Shown here in pieces: positions 53,155 to 64,000 of a DNA stretch of 64,000 nt. Numbering within the stretch: the first letter of the stretch is position 1; every line of letters begins with the position of its first letter. The DNA is from Lophium mytilinum (Eukaryota): contig MU004194.1 of assembly GCA_010093605.1 (NCBI GenBank), positions 596,323 to 660,322 on the forward strand, given 5' to 3'. The translations under genes were made by a program, and so were the position numbers. The notes under the pieces were generated by a model that saw nothing but the letters and a program-made list of their open reading frames with translations, was not told where the DNA came from and did no database searches.

Positions 53155-54065
53155 GTAAGAGATGGGAGCGTGAAACTACGGTCTCTCCTTTTGCGGTTCT
53201 GTTTGGATGAGGGTTCGAGCGTACATACCGTACTCGCAGCACTATCAAAGCTCACACGTGTACATAGCACGGGGGGCATTTTATGATCTTATACACGCAC
53301 ATGCAGCCAGATGACATATCCAAATCCTGGTCGGTGTCCTCAGTCAATGCGGACCGCTGGAAGGATGCCAACAGATATCCGATGCAGATTGGCTCCAGGG
53401 ACCGGCACACGTCAGATGTATCTTTTTGGAGATGGGACAGGGGCTGAGATGAGGACACAAGCCGCTGAGAGGGCGATGACGGCAGCTCACCGAAGCAAGT
53501 CGGCTTCAACATATTTGCAGCGTCAGGATCATCCCCCAACCTTCCAGATGTGCTCGCGCAATCGTAAGCACCAGCCACACAAGCGGCCGAGGGCACGGTG
53601 TTTAGAGCGTCGCCGCGGCCGAGTCATCAGCCTCACTGCTTACTTACCCCAGAGTCTTCCAGAACACTACTCTAACCGGTGTTTCGTACGAGCCGTGATA
53701 GGCCGACTCCGCTACTCGTGCGTCGGTGTGATCGAAGCCGATATGGATGATTACAGCAGCACGCCAAGATGATGATTCCATCCACGGTGCTGCTTTGTTA
53801 GCCATATATACAACCTGCCGTCGCTGGCAAGATGCCCTTGCTGCTACCCCTTTCCATCTGTGCTATTGAAAAGTCCCACGTTCGGTTTTGCTTCCTTACT
53901 GATCCCGCCAATTCCCGTATCCGTCTGTACTAGCCTTCCGAGAATAGTACCGCGCGACTACTCGAACTCCACCCGCAATTCCACTGTCATATCTCCCATC
54001 ACCACTCGACAGCGAGAGTCGCAGCCAAGGTCAGGACAAACGTCCGCTTCTGCGCGACCAAGTCA

Positions 54066-56634
54066 ATGCCGGAACAGCCTGGCTTCACTTCATCCAGAGA
54101 CTTTGCATTTCAGAGCACTGACCAGGACTTCGCACACGGTGCTGACGCTGCGACGGCCAGCACTGCATCGCACTCTACCAACCGCTATGTTCCTGAGAGT
54201 ACCACCAACGCGTCCAATGCGCCTTCTGACGCGCACCGAACCGCGCCAGACGACCTTCTGAGGGGCTACAATCCGCAGCATTCGCCAGACGCATTCGCCA
54301 ACTACAGCTACAGCCCAGGTGGACCTTTGGTATGGGACTGGAACAACTCAATTGACTTCTCTGAGTTCGCCCACCACTACGAGCCTCAGGGGGAGTTGGT
54401 CCAGGAGCTTCAAAACCAGAATAATCCCTCCCAAGACTTCAGTATCCCGCTTCCTGTATCCGTTCACGATTCGATATACCAGTCCCCACTTCAAACACCC
54501 AATACTGCGACAGCGCCTGTCCAAAACCCTCTGTCGCCGCCACCACCACCGCAGCAGAGACCTACTATAACCACGACAACGACGTCTATGAAGAGGAAAG
54601 CTCCTTCAGAGCCCAGCTCCGCGACTTCAGCTAGCATCAGCTCCCACCTGCCCGACATCCAGCAGCCCGCCGCAAAACGACCCACCAAATCTCGATCTTC
54701 CTCTTCTGCGTCCGCGAACGCTCCGGCAATAGCTTCAACTTCAGCTGGCAGTGATCGACGACCGTCTGCATCCATGGCGTCAGGCCAGACCACAACAGTG
54801 ACGGCGGGGACGAGTGAGGGAACAAGCAGTGAGCTTACCCGCAAGAAATCGGATAAGGCTGTGGCGAGTAATAGCCGCCAACCTGAGCATGCGCGATCTC
54901 GAAGAGTTCCTGAAGCACCGTCAGGGAGGGACGCCAGCCAATTACCTGCTGGGAAGGTGTTTCCCATACAAATTGGATCTGAGCTGTTTAGATTGTCAGG
55001 CGCATCGATATCTTCTGATGGTAAGCTTTCAGCTCCCCTCATAGTCGCAAATGAACCCCTCATTACTGCGACTTTCTCTAGTATAGCTGAACTGAGAATT
55101 CTAGAGCACCCTCATACTTCTCGCATTTTTTCGGCGAGCAGCTACACCATACGACTGGTCGCGCCGGTGACCTGAGAACGCTATATATCGACCGAGATCC
55201 TGTAACCTTTCGAGATATATCGTTGCATCTGCAAGGCTACCATGTCAAGCCGCGCGATCCTCAGCATTTCGTGAGGCTATTTGCTGACGCGCAGTTTTAC
55301 AGTCGTAGGTTCTCCCCTATCAATACATGGTGCTGAGCAAACAGCTGACAAGGCTTTACGCAGTCCCACGCCTGACAAAGCAACTCTTTAGCATGGACAT
55401 CTTCATCCGCGTCGGTCAGCGTGACTTTCAAATTCCACGCGACTTATTCTCGTCGCCCGGGGATAGCCCTAATTACTTCTCCCTGGGCTTTGCGCAATTC
55501 TTCACCACGCCGACCGAAGCCTTCCCCGGTCTTGATCGCGATCAGCTCCTTCGCCCACCATCCATCACTCCTCCAGCCGTCCCGAGCCGCAACGGCGACA
55601 CATTCGCCGAACTCCTGAAGCTTTTGCAAGGCTACCAATTGCACATCCGTGACGAGAGCCATCGAGCAGAACTACTTCGGGATGCGCGGTACTTCCATCT
55701 GAAAGGTCTCGAGCAGCGTCTTATTGCCTGCGACATCAGCTTCAACCTAGCACGCGGTACCTCTGAGATTCTCATCCGACTCGAAGACATCCGCCAGTCT
55801 GGCGTCAGCTTCAAACCAGATACGCATCCTTACAGTACCACGACGACCTCGACCTCGAGCAGCGATTCTCCTGCTCCTGGCCTCGCCCCTTTAAGCAAAC
55901 CACCTACACCATCGGCCCACTCAACCGTCTCGAGCACAACCGCATCTGCTCCTGGCTCCGGCACCATCTCATATGCGCGCCCCTACACAGACGATCACGC
56001 AAACACGAACATCCTCATTCTCGAAATCGGATCCCAGGAATCGACACGCTTGCACCTCCCTACCTCACCAATTACTTCCACTTCGTCTTCGCCGTCCCTC
56101 GACCTCCGCGCTACCTTCCACGGCCAGACCCTCGCTCGTATCACTAGCTTGTTTTCCGTCGCGGCGGCCAAGATGGGCCTCCCAGCTACTCAACCGCTCG
56201 GGCTCATGATGCTGCAGAACGGCGGCGGAGTAGCCGCGCAGCCAATGTCGCCCGCGAACTCGGGGCTCAGCGAGAGTCGAGTGCGGGTGCGCTGGGAATC
56301 AGATGCTTGGATCGAGGTTGACGGCGTAGCTGTGGAGGTTGTTAGTGGTGAAGATGGTGTAGTTGGTGTACAGCGAGTGAAGGGGAACAGTAAAGATAGA
56401 GATGGAGATGAGGAAATGGAAGAGCTGGACGGAGAAGATGATGAGTGGGTGTGGGGCGGTGCGAAACACGAAGAGGAGGAGCGTGAGTGGGTTGTCAAGA
56501 AGGGGCACTGGCGATTGAGAGTTGAGCCTGTTGATGGCGAGACCGGCAGGATGCAGATCGTTATGTGTCCTGTGAGAATCGAGGCGATGTCAAGTGAGAG
56601 GACGAGGAATAGGCGGAGAGGGTTTCTGAGTTGA
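54066..56634 (+). CDS. Tandem BTB/POZ (K+-channel tetramerisation-type) protein, YLR108C/YDR132C-like, at least 3 exons
   Basis: BTB1: VFPIQIGSELFRLSGASISSD-APSYFS...LYIDRDPVTFRDISLHLQGY...LFADAQFYS. BTB2: IRVGQRDFQIPRDLF...PNYF...LLRDARYFHLKGL. Confidence 0.87.
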
Positions 56635-57737
56635 TTTTTTAAAAAGAAGCTTTTGGATTCGAGTCGCTGGGCGGCTGCGCTACCTTCGCTTCGTTGGGCA
56701 CTGTGTTTATAAGGTTTTGGGATATCTGGGTCAGCTTGCATGTGGACTGGCGTTCTTGTATGGTAAGACTGGAAATCTTGATGCAAGTTTTGCTTTGACC
56801 TGTAGATATATGCTCTTCTCTAGGTAGGTTAGATTGATGCAGTGCTCAACCTATTGAATCTATTTGCCTTTATGCTATATCGCTGTTCCTCTTTGATCTC
56901 CTTCCGCCGCAGTAAGCCCGCCTTGGCTATTAAGTTCTTCATTTGATTCTTCTTTCATCAGTAGCGCGACCTTACTGTTACACTCCCGACCTGATATTCA
57001 CCAACAGCGTCCACGCGGTATGATGAAGTTGCTATCACCAAATACTCCGCATGACCACAGCGTGTCTCTGATTCAAAAGCGTATTGGGTCTAATCGTTAC
57101 CATTGGTACCATTCCTACATTTTTTACCAAAAGCGTGCATATGAGAACCATATAGGGGGCCGTTCAGGGGGCAATTCAGTCCAGGAATTTGCAATTACAC
57201 TAGGCATGCTGACAATGAGTAATAATTGTTCTACACTTTTGCGCTAGGTAATACCGGTCAAACTAGGGGCGTCGCTCTTACCCACGCTTCCGCTCTGGAA
57301 TCTCCCATTTGGACGCAAAGCGTAGCGAAAACATGTAGTTGCGTCGTCGCGCTCTCGGTCCAAGTAGTAAGAAGTATATATACGAGAAGTGTGATCAGAA
57401 CGCGTGCTTCTACAGACCACGCTTTCGGTCTGACATCTCCTTGTTGCACCGCAAGCCTCATTCTCCACTTCTCTTTGACGCGCATGTGGTACCAGGGTGG
57501 TTATGGCGTAGGAATCTGTGAACCGAGTTAGAGAGGTAGGTTGCACGGTTCCTGGAAGTCGCTTCCATACCCCGGAAGCCCTTTCAGCCTATCAAGGAGG
57601 CATAATATGTATTCATATGCCGGCTTCCAGTAGTGCACTCTCTTCAAGGGATCGCGGAGGAACCAATATCTGAGGTGAAAGTGCTGTTTTGGGTTAAGCT
57701 GTATCGTGCTCAACAGTCATCCTAAACCCCGCCCCTT

Positions 57738-60700
57738 TCATGTGTCCAAAAGATACCTCAACTCCTGAAACTTGACCGGCTTAGCCAGATAATGATTGAC
57801 CCCACTACTCATCGCCTCCTGTTGCGCCTGCGCACTCGCCAGCCCCGTCAGCGCAATGATAGTTGCCGGCGGCACCTTCCTCTCTTCCTCAAAGGCGCGA
57901 ATGAGTCGAGTGCACTCCAAGCCGTCCATCACCGGCATCGAAATGTCCATGAGCACGAAGTCGAAGCGTTCGCCGGGGTCCTCACACGCGCGTTTGTAGG
58001 TCTCGAGGGCTTCGAGCCCGTCGCGCGCGGAACCGTAGGGGAGTTTGTGCTTCTTCATGAACATGACGAGGAGTTGGAGGTTGATGGAATTGTCATCGAC
58101 GAGAAGAACGCGGACGATGTCCTGAGATTGGCGGGCTGAGTGGGTGCGGGTGGGCGTGGGACGGGGAGTCTTGCCTCCCTTGGAGACGGAACCCTCGTGG
58201 CCGACGGTAGATGGCGAGCTCGTGGGGATGGTCTTTTTCTGCTCAGGACTTGGAAGGTCTGTATTTTCTGATTGTTGTCGGGGCCTCATCGGAAGGCTAT
58301 CTTGGTGTTCATCCGTAGCCGCACGTTTTGGAGCTTGTTGAGACGTCGTAGGAGGCGGCGTTGTGGGAGGCGGCGTTGCGTTGCTGGGTTCTGGTGAAGG
58401 CTGACTATTGTAAGTTCCATTGCTGATGCTCTTAATGTCATCCAAACATCTTTCAAGGACCTTAGCTAGCTTTCTTGGTCCGCACTGTCTGCGAATTAGT
58501 CTCACACAGCTACCTGGGAATATTGAGGATTGAATCGGGCTGCTGATAGTAGTTTCATCGGCCCCAAGAAAACAGGAAACGTCCGATTACTTACAGGCTG
58601 TGGTATAGCTTGGACTACCCTTCCTTCGGCCTTCAACGATGATTTAAACTTCAGCGCCCGAATCGCACTAGTGCACATGACTATGATAGGAGCGTAGTTT
58701 GGTTCGTCCCCTTGAATTGACTTAGGGATTGGACCATGTCGGGACAGGTACGTCTCCATCGATGGCGGTTCAGCATAAAGGAACATGTCTGCAGATACAC
58801 CGTTCATATTTGGCGAACGAATGACGCTCATGTGAAACCAGTCCCGAGCGGTTCCCTCGATAGATGCATGGACAAGATGCGCGTTTTCGGATTGTGATTT
58901 CTCACCTTCATTGTTGTAGTCGAGGAGGCATAGAGTCAGACATTTCGTAGAAGCAGCTACCAAAGGCATGATCGGTTCTGAAGGAAGTTCAGAGGTTTCG
59001 GCAACAGGGAGACTCAACACAACGTCAATTTCGGTTCCAACGAGTTGAGTGCTTTTGACGGTGATTGTGCCTCCCAGAGATTTTATGATCTGGCGCACGA
59101 TGCTGAGCCCAAGGCCAGTCCCGACCGAAAAGGGATCCTCCTGGGAGAACGGCGAGAAGAGCTTAGTGCGCTGGTATTCCATTGACATGCCTTTTCCGGT
59201 GTCAACGAAGCGTAGTCGAACATTTATCGTGGAAGGTTCTGTCTCTGCCTTAGCCTTGAGAGAGACTATGATGCGTCCTTTCTTTGTGTACTAAAATATG
59301 TTAGCTAGGGCTAGCAGAGATAGAAGTATAGTGAGCGTACTTTAAGTGCGTTGCCGAGGAGGTTCATCACAATGCGGCGCAGGGCGCCAGGTGGAGTCTT
59401 GACATTCCAGCTTGACCTAGATTCTACATCTAGAATGACCAGAACGTCATCTCCTGCGTATTCTTGTGGCAGCAAACTAGCTACTGCAGGCACATCATTA
59501 GAAGCGGAGACTACCGAACTCGGATGACTGCTGGAATCGTGTGAAACGTCTGGGTCATGGAAGTTCCATGGGTGTGCTCTTTTGAACGCATGACCGGCGC
59601 ACACAGTGTCGACGACTTCTTCAACTAAGACACTCAGATCGAACTCGACAGTCAATCCAATAATGTTGTTGCGATCGACGCCGCTTCTCCGGCGAGACTT
59701 TACAATTCCGGCCTTCTTGCGACCTTTGGCATTCCTCAATTTATTTATCTTCGCATAGTCCAGAACATGGTCTATCGTATCGAGAAGAGTCTTCCCACAT
59801 GTCTCAATGGACGAAAGAAGACCTGCCTGATAGCCATCCATGGTGGTATCGTGGAGGAATTCCAGGGAACCTAGGATCCCATGCAGAGGCGATCTCAACT
59901 CGTGGCTGATCGAAGCGATAAAGGTGGTCTTCGCAAGGTCGGACCTTTGAGCGTTTTGGCGAGCGACTTCGCTCATTATGCTGTAACTGAACGCCTTAAG
60001 GTACGGTAGCTCTCTGTCCGGATTCACGAGACGGCCGATCTGATCGCTCCAGATGAAAGCGCCGGCGACGTACTTTCCTTCGGAGAAGTCCCAGAGTGGT
60101 AGAAAAATAAGAGTCCGGACGTCAGAGAGAAATTTAAGAAGCTCTGTAGGTACGAATGGCTCGAGCTTGAACTTCTTTGTGGAATTGAGGCCGTTGTCGT
60201 CCCCAGGGGCTTGATCCATGACCTCGCCCACACTTTCATCGCCTGAGCTGATACCGGACCCATGTTCCGTGAAACTAAAGGACTTTCCATACGGGAATCT
60301 AAATAATGAGTAAGAAAAGGATGCTTCTGGCTAAGGAGCTCAACAGAACGTTCACATACCTTCTGAAGTATCTTTGCATATCGTCTTCGGTGAGAGCAAG
60401 CGTCTTGTAGAGGAGCTCTGACTTCTGAGCTGTTTCATTCGAAACGGAACAGGCTACCAAAGGACAAAAGTCCTTTCTCTGTGCAGCGGAGTCATTCTCT
60501 CCAGTACTGCTGTCTGACAACGCAGCTCTTGATTTTGCCTTGTTCCGGCGTCGCTGCTGGCGAGGCTGTATTTCGTTATCCGTCTCTGATGAAGGGGACT
60601 CATCGGTTAGGTCGCTAGCATTGCTAGATGCAGACGACTCTGGAGAACGTCCCATGAGCTGGCCTGCTGTAGCAGAGAAGAAAACAACCCCATCTGCTCG

Positions 60701-61745
60701 GGCGGAGTCACGGATGATCTGGGCTGCACGAGAATACACTCTAGCGGCATCATTTGTAGGATAGTGGGGAGTGGGACCTGCGTTTGCGAGCGCATCGCCT
60801 GGGAGAGTTTCGCTGGTATTCATCGGCACAGCGGGTATTTCTGCGAATTCGGTCTGATCGATGTTTTCAATTCGAGAGTTCTCGGTTTGGCGCTCCATCA
60901 CGGAGCCATTAGAGCCTCTCTGGAGGCGTGGCTTCAGTGGCGGCTTTTCTTCAGGATCTTCCAACGGATTCGTTGATGACATGCCCTCTATGAATTGTGC
61001 CAATCCGCGCACCAGTTTCTCCCCATTGTACCGATCGTCCCGGTCCCTCGCCATTTCTAAATGCTCCATGATAGTTGCAGCAACGTCCTCCATGAATCTT
61101 AGTTCGTCTGCGTCTAGACCAAATCGAGGCTCATCGCTCGATACCGCATACACGCCGATCTTGTGCCCAGCCTTTGTTTTGAAAGGGACTCCGGCGTAAA
61201 AGTGTACGCCCGGAGAGCCCTTGACGTAGTCTCGGTCCTTGAAGCGATCGTCCAGGCGTAAGTCAGGTATGACCAGGGCCTCGGTAGTGTATGTACTTCC
61301 GTCCTCTTCCAAGGCGCTGTACGTGGACGCGAGAGCGTGGTGACAAACGCCATCGGTCCTTGCGATTATGGTGTTTCCCAGCCATACCTCGTCGCCGGGC
61401 TTATGGCGCTTGTCGGACACGAGGGAGAGACTCTTTGTCGCCTCAGCCAATATGAATTGCTGGGATGAATCTATCAAGGAGACCATTCCCCGTCTGACGT
61501 TGAGGCGGAGAGCTGCAAGTTGTGCCCATGAGGTGAGGGCCTTGTCGCGGGAGGACCGTGGCTGGTAGCCTTTGTACGGGAGGCCCCATGTGTTTTCTCC
61601 TCGCTCTGCACTCGAGACTTCGAGGAGGTGGGCGTCCTTCCACGCCTGGTAGTACCTGTATCTACAATTAGTAACCGACAAGTACGCGGGGCACTATGAG
61701 AACAAACCGATATAGATCTCTCTCGCGGGCAGCCTCAGGGCGCAT
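57738..61745 (-). CDS. Hybrid sensor histidine kinase (GAF - HisKA - HATPase - receiver), multi-exon
   Basis: GAF (AQLAALRLNVRRGMVSL, HFYAGVP), H box ISHELRSPLHGI, N box NLLGNALKYT, G1 DTGKGM, G2 GTGLGLSIV, and receiver LLVDDN...MDISMPVMDG...AKPV. The first exon MRPEAARERDLYR starts at 61745. Confidence 0.95.
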
Positions 61746-62523
61746 GATGGCTGCGTATCCGTTCGAATGCACGCCTCCAACCCAGAGCTCTACACAGTGA
61801 GCCCCACAAAAGGCTATCAACAGGAAGGAGCGAAGCGATCATGGTCCTTTGGACTGGAATGGCCGGAAACGGTCAACATGCTGGCGACGACACTGATGCC
61901 GCCTCACCGGCACGTGATAGGAACTACTAACTCCGAGGAACGTTCTCCATGTGCGTCATTGAGCAGGTGGAGAGGTCCCTCACATTCATCTGAGAAGGAT
62001 CGTCGAGAAGTACAAAGGGGAGGTAGAATGGGAAATGGAATGAATAGCTTCCCCGCAAAATCAGCTATGAGCAGGGGCAACCGACTTTCAAGGGTTCGAA
62101 AGCAGGGGGACGGTGGGTGGTCTGATTGGCTAAATCCAGAGCATACATACAGGACCGCCTGGACTGCCCGCATGTGGTTAACCACTTAATTGATCAAGGT
62201 ACACTTACGGAGTATACGTGAGACCCGCATCAACTCGCGCCCTTTTCGAAGACACAGTAGCACGAGTATTACAGGCATTCTATACATGCATCTATTGTGA
62301 GTCATGTATCAGAGTCGCCTTATATATTTGACGATTTATCATCCTTCTCTCTCCTCATATATCCAGCTATCCTTTCTGTCAAGTAGTCAGTCCTCACATT
62401 CATCACCTTTCAATTAGCCTATTCGCTTAGTACCAATCAACCTTTCCGTTACACACCAAAAACTCATCAGCATACCCAGACATAACTCATCCTTACCACA
62501 TCTCAACTCCTCATCCTCCCACC

Positions 62524-63321
62524 ATGTCCTCCAGCCCCCTCAACACCCTCGCCCAGACCCTCAAATCCCTCCACCGCCCCGGCGACCCCCTCATGCTCAC
62601 AAACACCTACGACGCTCTCACCACCCGCATCATCGCCGCCAACCCCCTCGCGCCCGCCCTCGCAACAGCCAGCTACGCCATCGCCGCCTCCGCCGGCCTA
62701 GAAGACGACGCCCTCGACCTCCCCACCAACCTCGCCGGCATCCGCGCCATCGCCGCCGTCGCTAACGAGTTCAAGAAACCGCTGACTGCCGACTTCCAGG
62801 ACGGCTATGGCGACCGGCTAGAAGAGGGCGTGCGGGAACTAATCCAGGCCGGGGTCGTGGGGATGAATTTAGAAGACTATGGGCGCGAGAAGGGCGCGCT
62901 TTACGATATCGCGACCGCTTGTGGGCGTATCAAGGCGGTCTTGAGGACGGCGGGCGAGCTCGGGGTGCCGGATTTCGTGGTCAATGCGCGCACGGACGCG
63001 CTGCTTCATGGGGGGAGTGTTGCGGATGCAGTGGAGCGGGGGAGAGCGTATTTAGCGGCTGGGGCTACGACTGTTTTTGTGTGGGGCGGGAGGGCGAGGG
63101 GAGGGATTCGTAGAGAGGAGGTGAAACAGCTAGCGGACGCGTTTGGAGGCATGTTGAATGTGAGCTTGAGGTTGGACGAGGTGGATGAGAAAGGGGGGAA
63201 GAATCTGACAAGGAGGGAGCTGGGTGAGCTTGGGGTGGCAAGGATATCGGTGGGACCAGGATTGCAGGCGAAGGCTATGGCGGCATTCAAGAGGGAGGCG
63301 GAAAAGGTTTTGGGGGTTTAG
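62524..63321 (+). CDS. PEP phosphomutase/isocitrate-lyase superfamily enzyme, intronless
   Basis: NTYDA, ATASYAIA, TADFQDGYG, GMNLED, VNARTD, AYLAAGA and LGVARISVG. Confidence 0.9.
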   Translation: MSSSPLNTLAQTLKSLHRPGDPLMLTNTYDALTTRIIAANPLAPALATASYAIAASAGLEDDALDLPTNLAGIRAIAAVANEFKKPLTADFQDGYGDRLEEGVRELIQAGVVGMNLEDYGREKGALYDIATACGRIKAVLRTAGELGVPDFVVNARTDALLHGGSVADAVERGRAYLAAGATTVFVWGGRARGGIRREEVKQLADAFGGMLNVSLRLDEVDEKGGKNLTRRELGELGVARISVGPGLQAKAMAAFKREAEKVLGV

Positions 63322-63552
63322 CTGAAGGTTTGAGTAGGATGTGATGCGAATGTGGTAGTGATGTATGCAATTACGGCTAATATACAAAGAGCACGCTTGT
63401 TATGACGAACAAGAAACAATGCCCCCAAAACGACCAAAATTCAAGCGAAATCATATATGTATTAGAACCAGACTATCCCCTTTTCGTACCCCACATGTTG
63501 CTAACTTGGAACGCGTGTTGTCTTGTCGTCCAGGCATGCGATGAGAAGCGAT

Positions 63553-64000
63553 TTACTTGCAAGCCGCCAGAAGAGCGCCGAAGTTGACGAAGACCTTGCT
63601 GATGATGAAAAGGTAAATTTGGAAGTCGATCTTGATACTCGCGATGAACTTAGCGACAACTGCGCCAATAGCAAGCAGGAACGAGATGTATCCGTGGAGG
63701 AACAGGGTAAAGGTCCAGCCAAGCAGTTCGATGATGGCTGCAGAGGCGTTAGTGAGCATTTAACGGAGTTATTGGAGAGTAGAGACATACTGATCTTGAG
63801 GACCGCAGCCGCGTACAAGAGCGTGTAGATTATTTCAATCCACACCTTGATAGCAAGGGAGACGAGGAGCTTGAAATCGATTTCGATGAGTTCAACGAGC
63901 TTCAGCTGGTAGATCTTGAGGGTTGCAAGGGAGAAGGCGGCGATAATCTTCTGGATCTGCACCTGGATGCCAGCGATGATTTCGATTTTCTTGGTGAAAT
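63553..64000 (-). CDS. 3' part of an unknown, extremely aliphatic (I/L/V/A/F-rich) helical protein; its 5' end lies beyond the window
   Basis: The open frame from the window edge is joined by a canonical 53-nt intron (GTATGT 63790 ... CTAAC ... CAG 63738) to IIELLGWTFTLFLHGYISFLLAIGAVVAKF...LLAACK*. Confidence 0.7.

Overview
This is eukaryotic genomic DNA from a filamentous ascomycete (Pezizomycotina), judged from the short GT-AG introns with CTRAC/CTAAY branch points and from the gene content. The window is gene-dense, with about 23 protein-coding genes, most of them spliced. Recognisable genes are a p24 cargo receptor, UBP15/USP7, a mitochondrial PDK/BCKDK-type kinase, Pmp3, calcineurin A, an Mmc1-like protein, a GH55 exo-beta-1,3-glucanase, a class I/II aminotransferase, an AIF/AMID flavoprotein, a hemerythrin (HHE) protein, adenosine kinase, an NAD epimerase/reductase, an Est1/Ebs1/SMG7-like protein, a ZNF511-like zinc finger, an OSGIN-like flavoprotein, complex I subunit NDUFB4, a GST, a double-BTB protein, a GAF hybrid histidine kinase and a PEP-mutase-family enzyme. 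There are also a GPI-anchored small protein, two large proteins I could not assign, and a truncated very hydrophobic protein at the right edge. I recognised no rRNA, tRNA, snRNA, CRISPR array or intact transposon. I found no convincing new multi-gene system. The best leads are post-transcriptional or regulatory: a long intron with a competing stop-introducing acceptor in the aminotransferase, a TAG/GAG tandem acceptor in the BTB gene, an in-frame presequence on adenosine kinase, a PTS1-like GST tail, a 30-aa repeat in an orphan protein, and a recurrent TACCTAGGTA palindrome. Exon boundaries were read by eye and family assignments come from motif recognition, not database searches.
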